NCBI GenBank assembly: GCA_021432655.1
Contig: MU271224.1
Coordinates: 25,084-89,083 of the forward strand
Reading direction: 5' to 3'
Length of the DNA: 64,000 nucleotides
Source: Atractiella rhizophila
Taxonomy: Eukaryota
Shown here: positions 52,874 through 64,000 of the stretch, piece after piece
How positions within the stretch are numbered: the first letter of the stretch is position 1
How the letters are laid out: each line of letters opens with the position of its first letter
The notes under the pieces: generated by a model
What the model was told of the DNA's origin: nothing
Databases searched by the model: none
What the model saw: the letters and a program-made list of their open reading frames with translations, nothing else
Translations under genes and position numbers: made by a program

Positions 52874-54682
52874 TCAGACTGTATCCTCATCAACATCAAT
52901 TAGATTTCTCGGCGCCTCCTGATTTTCATCGCCTGACCCTCTGTCCCGTCCTGATGTAGCCCTTCTCAGCCAGGTCAGAGGAGAGATAGGATAATTCCAG
53001 TTCCAACAACTCCCCGCCACCTCAGTTGTCCCAAGCCTCCCATCCCGGTGTGTCAGCCTATCAATGAGACGGATATTTTCCTTCGAAGCTGCAATTCTCG
53101 TCCCCCACCCGATGGCGCCAACTCCCCATACGAGCCCAAGGATACCGCTCCATCCAAGCTGTGCAAAGAAAGTGCTCTTCCCAACGGTGGGATTTGTCTG
53201 AACTTCCACCGTGAAGCTCTGTCCGTTTCCTGCTTGCCATGCCCTCACTCTTCCTTCAGCATCAACGAAACTCGAAATTCCTCCTTCGCCTCCATCACAT
53301 GTGAAGACGCTGAATCCATTTGTCTTTGATCGCAGAGAGAGATGATGAATCCGCGACCACGCGAGGGGCGTGGACCAGATGGAGGAGGGAGAAAGGATCA
53401 GGTCAGATTTTGATGCTTGGGAAGTGAGCAGGGACGGGAAGGAGGTGTCGTGGCATATTGCAGGCGAGACTGTGAGATCGACAGAGTTTGGACGTTTGGG
53501 ATTTGCTGATCTACTAGGAGGAATAGGGATGGCAATTTTAGCGGATGGGATCGGTCCACTTCCAGATCGGAAGGCGAAGGATTCGGCCATAGGAACCAGC
53601 TGTTGTTTAAGATAGGTAAAGAGCTGTCTGCCCTCTGGATCGAAGAGAGTAAAGGCGTTCGCGGATTTTGAGGTGAAGGTATCATCCGGATTCGAAAGGT
53701 TGAGAAGATTGTAAGGTGCAGTGTATCCTACACCCACAAATGTTCGACCCTGACTGCTGAGGTGTCCAATGGCCGCAAGCCCTTCGTACAGATTATCTTT
53801 GTCGAAATGAACGGCGGCTTCGGGCCAAAGGAGGAGCTTCGAGTTTGAAGACAACAATTCTGTCTCCCTGAGATACTCTTTGAATGTGGGAGAAGATCGA
53901 CTGGACGAATGCTGACGCGGAAGGACGCAAGTCATGGATACGAAGGGGGAGTTAGGTGCTGGTGGCGTGGGAGATGACGACAACTGGCTCGGTAGAACGA
54001 CTGCCAGAAGAAACAGAAAGAGGGGGAGGAGCCCTCTGGATCCACCAGAAGGCTCTTGAACCAGTTCGATGTCGTCCAACTCTTCTTCTCTGACATCGAT
54101 CAAAGCGGCAACCTTCCGCTGTCTATCTTCTCCAATGGAGTGCCTGCGTGCATGGAAGAGTTCAAATACTAGGTACGCCATCGAAGCGGATATGAAGTCC
54201 ACTCCAACTTCTCCGAAGATAGGAACGATCCATCCAAACTGATCGAGGAAGAACGGTTCATATATCGTCCAATCTCCTTGCCTTCCCAAAGGGGAAATAG
54301 CTCCCAAGAAGTACCAGCCGCTCGCCCAGATGAGTGAGAAGTGATAAAACGCCCATCCAGATCCATTGTCAAACAGCGGCCCCGCCTTTGAGCCGAGAAA
54401 GACGAGGAGGACAGCCCAAGCGGCGTAGATGGTCGTGATGGCAAATGTCAAGAGCAGCGTTTTGATGTCTTCTCCAATCGCAGAAGAAAGGGTCGGAGAG
54501 TAAGAAAGGGTTGATCCCACTGAAACAGCGACTACATCGATGGCGATGTCCTTCCCGTTGATTCGACGCTCTGAGTGTCGAAGGATGAGAATGGCGATGA
54601 GGAGCAGGCTAGCGATTGGATTGGGTTGCAATCCGATCCCTAGGAAAGCGAGAACAGTCAGCAGAAGAGCGAACAGCACCAT
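52874..54682 (-). CDS. Apolipoprotein N-acyltransferase (Lnt)-like membrane nitrilase-fold protein, intronless
   Basis: Several N-terminal TM helices, then WPEAAV (Glu), YLKQQLVPMAE (Lys), AICHD (Cys), and TFFAQLG plus a final TM helix. Confidence 0.82.
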   Translation of the reverse strand: MVLFALLLTVLAFLGIGLQPNPIASLLLIAILILRHSERRINGKDIAIDVVAVSVGSTLSYSPTLSSAIGEDIKTLLLTFAITTIYAAWAVLLVFLGSKAGPLFDNGSGWAFYHFSLIWASGWYFLGAISPLGRQGDWTIYEPFFLDQFGWIVPIFGEVGVDFISASMAYLVFELFHARRHSIGEDRQRKVAALIDVREEELDDIELVQEPSGGSRGLLPLFLFLLAVVLPSQLSSSPTPPAPNSPFVSMTCVLPRQHSSSRSSPTFKEYLRETELLSSNSKLLLWPEAAVHFDKDNLYEGLAAIGHLSSQGRTFVGVGYTAPYNLLNLSNPDDTFTSKSANAFTLFDPEGRQLFTYLKQQLVPMAESFAFRSGSGPIPSAKIAIPIPPSRSANPKRPNSVDLTVSPAICHDTSFPSLLTSQASKSDLILSPSSIWSTPLAWSRIHHLSLRSKTNGFSVFTCDGGEGGISSFVDAEGRVRAWQAGNGQSFTVEVQTNPTVGKSTFFAQLGWSGILGLVWGVGAIGWGTRIAASKENIRLIDRLTHRDGRLGTTEVAGSCWNWNYPISPLTWLRRATSGRDRGSGDENQEAPRNLIDVDEDTV

Positions 54683-55045
54683 CGTTTAGAGGTAGTTGGA
54701 GCTGCTGAGCGTTGAATAGTAGCCTTTATAACTTGAGGTGGGGAGCAGAGACGGACGCGCTGAAATCGACGGGGCAGTCGCAAGCGACATAAATGCTGCA
54801 TGGGGTAAATGCGGGGTTGCAGCTCGTAGAAAGATACAGAAAAGGAGGTTGAAAGCGAAGACACGAAATGCATAAATTAATCCAAAATGCCCTCATCTGC
54901 TCTCAAAGGAGAGTCAACGAGAAACTCAACGGGAATAAATGGCTTCTAACAATCCATTCATAAGGAAACAATTCAGATCAACACAAGAACGAGCCCAACA
55001 CTGATTACCAGGGCTGAACAACTGCAACGTTAACCAAGAAACAAT

Positions 55046-58000
55046 CTATGACGGGTATTTGAGACCCAGTCTCAGTTTAAGATCGACGAGTGTAGCTCTA
55101 AGAGGTCCTTCATCTCTCTCAAACTCGTTCTCTCCGTAAAACACAAAATACTCTCGCACTTTCAGTAGAGCAGCTTGTAGCTCCATCGTTCGAAGTGGTT
55201 CGATGGCTCGCAGGATGTCGACATAGCGATGAGCAGAGGTTTCGGGTATGTTGATGGAGAAGGTGGTCCAGTCGAAGATGTCATGGAAAGGAGGCAAATT
55301 TCGATCGGCGAGGAAGACGGGGATGCAGCCTGCATACATCGCTTCATAGGTTCGAGTCGTCCTATCAACCATAATCAGCTATCAGCTAATCGTGGAAAAT
55401 GTGAATGAAGGAACGAACCATGCCTGCACTCCCCTTGGCAAAAGGCAGAACTTTGATTCTCCTAGTGTCTGAACATAATCCATCCCCTCCCCATAATCCT
55501 GATAGAGCACATCGTTGTCATCCGCGCCATTTGCGCATCCAATCCTATTTCTAACTAGGCTCCCGAACCCTCTAGTCCCACCATGAAAGAAAGCCAAGTA
55601 CTTCCTCCTCTCCACGGGTTTCACCTTCCTCAGCCCCTCCTTCCCGCCGACGATTTTCAGCAGATCAGGAACATGTTTGCTCGTTCCAGGAGCGACGATA
55701 TCTCGACCGGCTTTAAAGCAAGGAGTGTTGAGGTCCCCATTAGGCTGCCAACTCATCGCTTCTTCCATCGGATAACCTCTTTTCCAATTCCAGCTCCCTT
55801 CCAGCGTCGCACTCCAGCCCACGCACTCTCCAAAATCGTGGGCGAACGGGACGAGGAGGCGGTTCCACCACCTGTTCTCCTTTGGATCGTGTCCGAGGGA
55901 TTGAAGGTAACGCCTGTAGAAGTCGACTGTCGCTCGTAGATTCTGACCGTTGTCGATGTGCATGTAATTCGAATAACAACCGTGATAATAGGGCAGGAGG
56001 ATGGCGTCCGCCTCACCTATCGATGGTTGGGAGATCTTACCGGAGCTTTGAGCGGCGAGGAGGGAGCGGACGAAGAAATGATCGCCCATGCTGGGCAGGT
56101 CCGCCTTATCTATCTTGTAGCAAGCCTCGTTCTCCCAATGCCTGTCAACCGTCCCATCCTCGTGAACGAGAACGACATGAATCGTGGGAAGCTCCCTTAA
56201 AGTGATAGTAAAAGCTTCGAGCGAAGAGGGGAGGACCACATCTTCCCATGAGATGTGGGATACGCGTGAGGGGAGGGAGAGGGAGCCATCGATTCCACTT
56301 GCGATAAAGCGCGAGGGGGATGTTGGGATGGATGGACAGCTGTAAAGTGGACACCGACAGGTAGAGGTGGGGAGGCAGGGAATTGGAGCGTCGCAGTGGA
56401 CGTGGCAGATCTTCATAGGGCTAGAAATCCAATCCTCGTAATTCTCGCTCCTTACTACATTTTCCGTATTCGGATTGAGAAGTGAACCATCCTCCTCTTC
56501 CCCCTCGTCATCGTCCAAATCACCCTCGAGGAAAGAGGCCCAGTAGTTAGACCCGATCGCCCGCTCTAGCATCAACTCCACAACGGCCGACTCCTCCGTG
56601 GCTTGCTTGCATTCCATGTAGGCAGAGGAGGAGCGCGACAGGTTGTACTTCCCGTCAGTTGGGGGAGAAAGGACTTGGGAGATGGTCAAGGCTATCCAAC
56701 ACCTTCCATCAGAGCGTCGTTCCTTGGAGTGCTTTAAAGAGCAACTCACGATCGTCCTTCCATAAATCCCACCTTCCACTCTCTCCTCCACCTCCCGCTT
56801 CTTTCAGACAAACAGGATTAACTCTCCAACTCGCCCTCTCCTCGACCCTTCCAAACCGCAACCCCACTTCCTTATCCCACTGCAACCATTCCCCCTCCTC
56901 TCCATCCACCGGTCCCACCTTCCTCCTCAACCCAAAACTCCTCTCCATCCCGTCCCATCCGCCAATCTCAAACCACTCTCCAACTCTCGCAGGCACGAAT
57001 CCCTGTTCGACACCTCCCCAAGCCATCCACCTCTCTCCACACTTGAACTTCATCTCCACCGCTCCCCCTTCCTCTCCTCCCCCTACCTCGCCTCCGTTTC
57101 CACTTTCGCTTCGACGCACCACTCCCCCAACGAACCGTAGAGGCTCTCGATAGCCCATTGCGCGTTCGAGCCGGATCCACTCCTCTCCGCGCTCCCCGCC
57201 ACAGGAGAGAGAGTACCACGTCCCATCTCCCCCTTTTCCTCCTTCCGGTCCATCCAGATAGAGCAGCTGGAAGGTTCCGCCCGACAGGTCCGTTAGGAGG
57301 GTGTGGGAGATGGAGGACGGGGTGAGGGACACTGAGGGACAGGAGATGGACATGGAGCGGTCGAGGTGGGTTTGGTGTGCTAGAAGGAGACGGAGGAGGT
57401 GGGCGGAGAGAGTTTCCATTAGTGTATACCCGTATCCTGAGGATGAGAACGAGGACGAAGGAGAGGAAGGGGAGGAAGAGCGGAGAGGGGTGGAGAACCA
57501 GTCCCACCATCCACCATCTGTCTGTTCTCCCTTCACCTGGGTACCATGTAGCCATCCAACAGGAGCTCTAGACGAAGTGATCTTGAGTATAGCATCTACA
57601 ACCTCTCTCCTCTCAACCGTCTTCACACCTCCAACGACCACCTCCATCCTCCGCTCCCCCCTCTCTCCTTTCTCTCGGGACGAAAGATCGCCTAAGGCTT
57701 GAGGTGAGGCTTGGAGAAGGAAGACGGCTTGTGAGATGGCGGAAGCGGCGTCGCGCGCGTCTATTATTTGGAGAGTGGGTGGAAGGAGAGTGTCGTAGTG
57801 TATTGAGAGACCGGAGATGGCGCGTTGGATTTGAAGGTCTATTGCGTTTGCATTCTTGCTGAGTGAGAAGAGGGAAGGGAGGAGGAAGTTGAGGTTATCG
57901 TCTGTGTTGGAGAGCGCAAGGGACAGAGTTGTTGGCTGCGGCCCGTTGTGTCCTTCTTCGCCTTTACTATTCGAAGAGAATAGATCCGTGCTGTTGATGG

Positions 58001-58843
58001 AAGAGGCAGAAGAGAGACGCAAGATCCATCTCGGCGATGTCAACTTGGAGGCTTTCACCATGGACGATCGATATGTATAACCAAATCCAAAGTCGATTAC
58101 ACCTCCCTCCTCATCCTCCACTTCCTCATACCCCACAAACCTCAACCTCTCCAATTGACCCTCCAACGCTCCTCTAAACCCTCCAGCGCTCCAACCTGGG
58201 TCGTTAGCGTTGACGTCGGTGGGAAGAGTCGAGGAGAGCGGGCTGGTAAAGAAGGAGCGAACGAGCGCCATCGTTCCTTGTACTTCCTCTGGCGCACATG
58301 CGACCGTGATTGTGGGTTTGGAATTTGAAAAGGTTGAGAGGAGGGAGGAGAGGAGGTAGGGGAGGACAGAGGCAGTTTCACTTGGCAAACGAGATGACGA
58401 GGGCAGGAGTATCGTGATAGCTCCTTCTCTAGAACCCGGTGCAGAGGAAAGTAACGGAAGATCAAACACCTTTCGTATGGAGTCAGATTAACGCTTCACA
58501 GTATGCAGAACACAAAAAGAAAGGGAAAAAAAAAGGAAGAACATACAGAACTCGCCATCCTCTCTCTCCATGCATGCCTTTGCTCTGAATCCATCCCCAC
58601 CCACTCCTTCGCACTCACAAACCACGCTGCTCCACCCACATCCCCATCCCCATCCTTCACTACGTCTTCCTTGACTCCAGATGGACTGCCCAAGACCGCA
58701 CTTCTTAGGCGCTGATAATCCCTAGGGCTAGAACGGAGGGAAAAGAAATAGAGACCATTAAGTGCGATAAGTAGTAAGGAGGCGTAGATTAGCAGCCGGA
58801 AGACAGGCTTTTGCGTAGAGAGCAGTCTTGGCGAAGGGTACAT
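55046..58843 (-). CDS. Exostosin-family (GT47) glycosyltransferase with signal anchor and long N-terminal region
   Basis: FFHGG, YVQTLGESKFCLLPRG, RTYEAMYAGCIPV, PFHDIFDWTTFS. Four ORFs join through short GT-AG introns. N-terminal TM helix RLLIYASLLLIALNGLYFF. Confidence 0.88.
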
Positions 58844-59152
58844 GTCATCGCCTGTCGCTTGCCAGCGCTACTGGAGTAAGTCAGAATAAGCGCTAGTCTT
58901 GATGGCTGCCGGGAGATGGCTGTATGGGTGGGTATAATGGAAACTTATAAGGAAGGGTATGACAGAAATCTAGCAGTCAAGCAGTCTAGGTGTTGAAGCA
59001 GAGAATCTACTATCTAGTTTGCTTGCTCAAAGAGCTCTGCGTCGACGCGCGCATATCGCGACGACACGCGACTGTGTTATTTGGACTCCTTAACAAGCTT
59101 TGAGCAGGTTGGCTCAAAGCAAGCCAGGCAGTCAGCCTCAGTAATCGCCAAC

Positions 59153-61365
59153 ATGTCAACTCCGCCATCCACACCCAGGCAAGAAAGTTTAACTCCCACG
59201 TTCACCTCTGGCGCCACAAGCACCTCAATTAGTGACAGCCAGTCGACAGCCGAAGAATACACCCTATTTTCAGATGAAAGGGAGAGTTATGTGAAGGCGG
59301 AACGAGAGATGAGGGGGAAGTTTGTAAAGGTGGATATTGAAGCGTTTCTCGACTTTTTACCAAAGGCACCAAAGAAGTTCAGCAAGAGAATCAAACTAAA
59401 GCTGGACGAAAACGCAACTGAGACACAGAAATACGATCAATTGGTCAGTGATTTCTTCCATGCTTCTTTCCACCGCCTGCGCTCTCATGCTATCTTCCTG
59501 TGGCCTAGGTTTCCTGTCAGCCAGAGTGATGCGCTGACAGTTCGCTACAGATAGCTGCCTTCGAGCCCATGCTGCAGGAAGTAAATGATCATCGAGGGAT
59601 TTGGAGTCTCGTTAACACGTCTACCCATCCCGACAACGACACGCTCGGAATCTTCGGATCGAAGTCCGTTAAACCTGGTTTAACTCTCTATTTCGACAAA
59701 GAATTCCACGGCAGACACTTCGACAGTAAAGTCTGTGACATGGGGCACGCCATGCTGTTTGGGGAATTCAGGGAGTACAACTCGACTGACGGAGAGGATA
59801 CGCAACATCCCAGTGGATCTGCTTTCGACGACGACCACGCCACCGCGTTCGAGACATTGAGCCTCGACGGCAAGCTCATTCGCGGCCAAATCACGCTATA
59901 CAACACAATCATTCAAGCCCGCCAGTTTCGAACCAGGGTCTTTTCCTTCTTCGTTCACGGTGATACCTGCCGCCTAATTCGTCACTCTCGTGCTTGCGCA
60001 GAGGTGTCGATCTCGTTTTCACTAGAGGATACAGGCCATCTTCAAGAATTCCTTTGGCGATTCATGCACGCAAAAGATCACGAACGAGGACTAGATACAT
60101 CTTTCGCTCAAGTAGATCTGGCCACGAAACCTAACTATATCCGGATCAAGGAAATCCTGAGGATCAGCAGGAGTGTGGACTCTGTATTTTCTGTCAAAGT
60201 CGCGAAGAAGACGTTCTTACTTCACCGCGAGTTTACGAGGGCTCATCGCTGCCCTCTCGGACGTGGTACCAGATGCTTCATTGCCTATGACGAGGAATTA
60301 GATCGAGCTGTCCTTCTCAAGGACACGTGGAGGAAAGAAGCGTCCGCAGAGGAGGGTAAAGTCTACGAGGATTTGAAAAAATCGGGGGTGCCTAATCTGT
60401 TCAACGTCCTCGCCTATGAGGACGTCGAGGACGTCGATGAGCGATGTAATTCTCAGCGCGTGATTTTCAAATATAAAGATCAGTCGGGGCAGGAGAAAGA
60501 GAAGGTTCTGTGCCATTGTCGACTCGTCCTAGACCGCGTAGGGAGATCTTTAAATGAGTTTGAGACAGAGAGAGAACTAGTAGTAGCTCTTAGAGACGCA
60601 TTGATCGGTGAGTCTGTCCCCATCCCTGCCAAGTCAAGACGGACTAATAAGCTCACGTTGCGCACTATGGTGAAGCCCACAAAGTCGCTTTTGAGAACGC
60701 TGGTCTGTTACATCGCGATATTTCTGCAGGGAACATCATATTGAACACAAAGGATGCGGAAGAACGCGGTTTCCTTATAGATTGGGAGTTAGCAAAGGTT
60801 CAAACATCGGCAGACACCAGGCTGAACGAAAGGGCGGTTCGTTGTTCATCCCCTCAAGTTATAGGGGATGACCTAACCAGATTGGCAGGGAACCTACCGG
60901 TTTCTGTCCATCCGACTCCTGGAAGACATCGGGAATACGATTGCGGTCAAGCATGAGCTGCAGGACGACCTGGAGTCATTTTTCTACGTCTTGTACTGGA
61001 TGGCGGCAAGACATGCTCCCAACGCCATGACAGACACGCAAAAGCGCGCAATCTTCAATTGCTTTGACGACCCCGACCCGAAAATGGCCGCAGAACTGAA
61101 GAGAAAGCTCATACGTGCGCGAGATGCGGAAGAGGACCTCCGACTTAGATGTCGACCCCTCACAACCCTTCTTGTTGCCTTGATGGACGCTCTGAGCTGC
61201 AGTCTGGGCCTGGGCAGGTTCAAATTTTGGATCGATCCCTACGAGAGATCAGAGCGATCAGACCCCAGTCCATATGGCAACCTGAAGTATACGGCGGACA
61301 TGCAAAGCCATGACCTCATGCTCCGTCTCTTCAACGACGCCTTGGAGAAGGAAGAATGGACCTGA
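59153..61365 (+). CDS. Fungal-type protein kinase (FunK1, Pkinase_fungal)
   Basis: RGQITLY....ARQFRTRVF, GRGTRCF, LKDTWR, LHRDISAGNII, GFLIDWELAK, GTYRFLS, HELQDDLESFFYVL. Confidence 0.92.
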
Positions 61366-61984
61366 CGGAACAATGCGATGGATGACTAGTAAATTGTTCT
61401 TTTTTACACTTTGTGGCTTTCTCACTTGTTTTATGATTCTGCCATTTTCGACTTGTTCAAACGTTCTGAGTTTTCAATGTTAATCACTTTTTCTTTGAGG
61501 CTATGTACAACCTGTATTCAATATATCTTCCATCCTATTTTACATAATGCCTGCCTAATGTATGCTCATCAGAACAATGCCCCTTCTCAAGATTCCTGTG
61601 CAAGTTTGTGCAAGTCTATGTCAATGCTTGTTGCTACTCGATGTTAACCGTAAATGCTTCCCACAACCAAAGCGTAGTCAGATGGTGCAGTCCCAACCAA
61701 CTGAGATGAGATGCATAGAGAAGGCTCTTGTTAGAATGTAGCATTCTCTATTCGACTGCTATATGTTCGAGTGTTGCACTATATTCTCGTTTCTCCCAGC
61801 GCCAAAACAATATCTTCTCCTGCTTCCCTTGATTCTTCACTTGCTGAAGGCTTCATTTGTTTGAAACAGTGACTTGACATTAGCGACCGTCTGTAACAAG
61901 TCTAGAGAATTCACAAAGCCGTTCGCATGAGTCCAGTGTTCAGTCAAGCCCTACCTCAAGGCATCGTGGAGAACTTGGTCATCC

Positions 61985-62205
61985 TATAGCTTGTTCACCC
62001 ATTCGCTGAGCACCTCCCCGTCCCCCGTTTGCATACCCATCGTCATCGTGCGAGTCGGCCGTTCACCCATGTGAAGCACCTACCAGTCGTCGCCCATTTA
62101 CTAAAGGTCCATAATAAGCGCCTGTTGTCGCGGGTGAGCGTGCTGAAACTGCCCATTATCTGATTATACCCATATATCTGCCTTGTTACTGCCCGTTTCA
62201 CTCCT
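61985..62205. repeat. Cluster of short CCC(A/G)T motifs, possible transposon sub-terminal region
   Basis: GTTCACCCAT twice, TACCCAT twice, GCCCATT twice and CCCGTTT twice within about 220 nt. Confidence 0.3.
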
Positions 62206-63597
62206 ATCAAACAGCTAGCTGCTAATGATACTTAATCGAGGCAAGCATTATACAGAAGAATCCCCAGAACAGGACACTCGCTTCCAGGCACTCAACGGCG
62301 CCTAATTCTTCTCTCTCTGCTGTAGCTCTAGAGACTATCGATTGCTAAAGTCAACGGACGGGGACGTAGTGAAAGAGATGTATCGGGCATTGTGGTTCGT
62401 GAACGGGAGGAGCTGGAGATGGATGTCAAGCATAAAGTGGCATTGATGGGGCGGATGGCAAATCGGTTGGCTCTTTCTTCAAAGGTTCTCCCATCCGTTT
62501 CTACCCAGTCTCATCCGTCAGCAGCATAGTCGTCCTCTTCACTCCCTGTCTTCTCCAGCTTCGTCTGTCCTGTCATCTCATCTCTTTCGCGTTCTGCTCC
62601 TGCTCAGACACATTCACAGCAAACTCCGGCGCTTTGTGCCTTGCTTCTGGTCAGTATCGTTACTTGGCTGAAATCCCTTATCCCCGTTGCTGCTTCCATC
62701 CGCCTCCATGATCACGTCTTCGCTCGCTTTGTCATTGCAATAATCACTTTTCCTGCTATCTGAAATTGCACACATTCAACATGGAGTCGAAAGTGAATGC
62801 AGAGGGATGGAAGATGCCATATCGCAAAGAAGGGGATGGGTGCCACAGAGAGCAGATCTTCTGTCCGTTTCATAAAGAGCCTTCATCATGATAATTTCCA
62901 TGCGTCATCCTGTCATCCTTCTACAAAACACCAGGCTCAGAACGAACTATCACACTTCTGCCATATCACATTGTTAATCTGGGTTAAATCGTGAGGGATG
63001 GAGCCACTGGCTGATGATCGCCTGACACTGTCCAGTGCCAAAAGAAACCTTTTCTTCACCAGCTCTTACTATCTCCTGCGCTGCATTAAGCGGAAGAACG
63101 AAGTATGGCAGAGAAGTCTGGCTGCGACAGCCAGTGGTGTCAGATCTCTACGCTCGAGAGGTCGAGACTCCGCTCTTCTTCATTTAGATTCCGCATGGTG
63201 TGGACAAATTACTTGTTCTCTCTGACTGAACGTGGTGAGAGGCGAGATGGAGACCATTTTATCATTGGCAGCATTGACAGTGCGGAAGTACGGCAAGCAC
63301 TCGCACGAACATGAGCTTTTTTGGGCTGACCACAATCCATTGTTCCTGCTCGTTCCTGCCATTCACTCAATGTATCCCTCGAGCGAGCTCAGGGGGATTA
63401 CACGGTGGGGATGGACAAAAAGTTTCCACTGTCTATTGAGCTAGATTGAACCATTGGACAGGTAAAACCTTTTTGTACGAGTGCGAGAGTGGGTGTCTTG
63501 CTTGCTTCATCCTAGTGGCAGTTAAAAGGAGACCCTTGCTGTCCTCATGAACCTCCCCAACGACTGATACAGCAGATCAAGTCAAGGCTAGTAGGAT

Positions 63598-64000
63598 ATG
63601 TCTTCGAACTCCAGTCTTCCCTCACTCTTGGGCGGTTATCCAACGCACGATCCTGACACAGCAGCCTCAGCAGCTTACCTAGGCGGCTATGGACTCTTGT
63701 TTCTGTTCACCTTGTACAGAATCATCAACGTTGAATCCAGGAGCAACTACTACTTTATTTTGATCGCCTTTATTGTCATTCGAACAGCCAGTCTCGTTAT
63801 ACGAATCATCATTGCCGAACACAATAAGCAGGAGTCGACTGGTGTCCTCATAGCGGAGCAAATTCTACTGTCCGCAGGGTATTTAGCTCTGCTCAAAGTG
63901 TTGTCCGACCTCTTCTTTCGCGTGTGTATTGCTGATTGTTTAGTTGCACGACAGACTGATGGAAGTTCACAGTACAAACTCGCGAGCGTGCTGCAACCTG
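63598..64000 (+). CDS. Fungal multi-pass membrane protein (DUF3112/DUF7702-like), truncated by the window end
   Basis: Own translation: MSSNSSLPSLLGGYPTHDPDTAASAAYLGGYGLLFLFTLYRI...FILIAFIVIRTASLVIR...IAEQILLSAGY. Absent from the ORF track because there is no stop before the window end. Confidence 0.7.
   Translation, partial: MSSNSSLPSLLGGYPTHDPDTAASAAYLGGYGLLFLFTLYRIINVESRSNYYFILIAFIVIRTASLVIRIIIAEHNKQESTGVLIAEQILLSAGYLALLKVLSDLFFRVCIADCLVARQTDGSSQYKLASVLQP

Noticed and set aside
56680..56791. Two overlapping ORFs suggesting separate genes or programmed frameshifting in GT47
   Set aside because: A GTGAGT...ATAG intron joins DDP to LTISQV.

Overview
This is eukaryotic DNA from a fungus, most likely a basidiomycete. 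The evidence is many short (about 40-60 nt) spliceosomal introns, plus DUF6533/DUF6534-type membrane proteins, a FunK1 kinase and Zn2Cys6 factors. About 23 protein-coding genes can be reconstructed by splicing the ORF fragments by eye. In order they are: a frameshifted Mx/dynamin-like GTPase, an Msc2/ZnT5-type zinc transporter, a D-2-hydroxyacid dehydrogenase, a Zn2Cys6 factor with a MITE-like element just upstream, two tandem F-box/LRR-like paralogues, URA9, AGX1, a divergent P450 and atypical SDR pair, a small F-box gene, RDS2/AcuM, a divergent H4/H3 pair, membrane proteins, a small hydrophilic protein, RRN6-like, ADH6-like, RRN9-like, an intronless Lnt-like acyltransferase, an exostosin (GT47) with an epimerase-like remnant, a FunK1 kinase and a truncated membrane protein. 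The best leads are the Lnt-like plus GT47 pair, the SDR lacking its catalytic residues next to the P450, the duplicated splice acceptor and frameshifts in the dynamin, the micro-exon His loop, and the RRN6/RRN9 proximity. I recognised no tRNA, rRNA or CRISPR. All exon boundaries and family calls were made manually without database searches.
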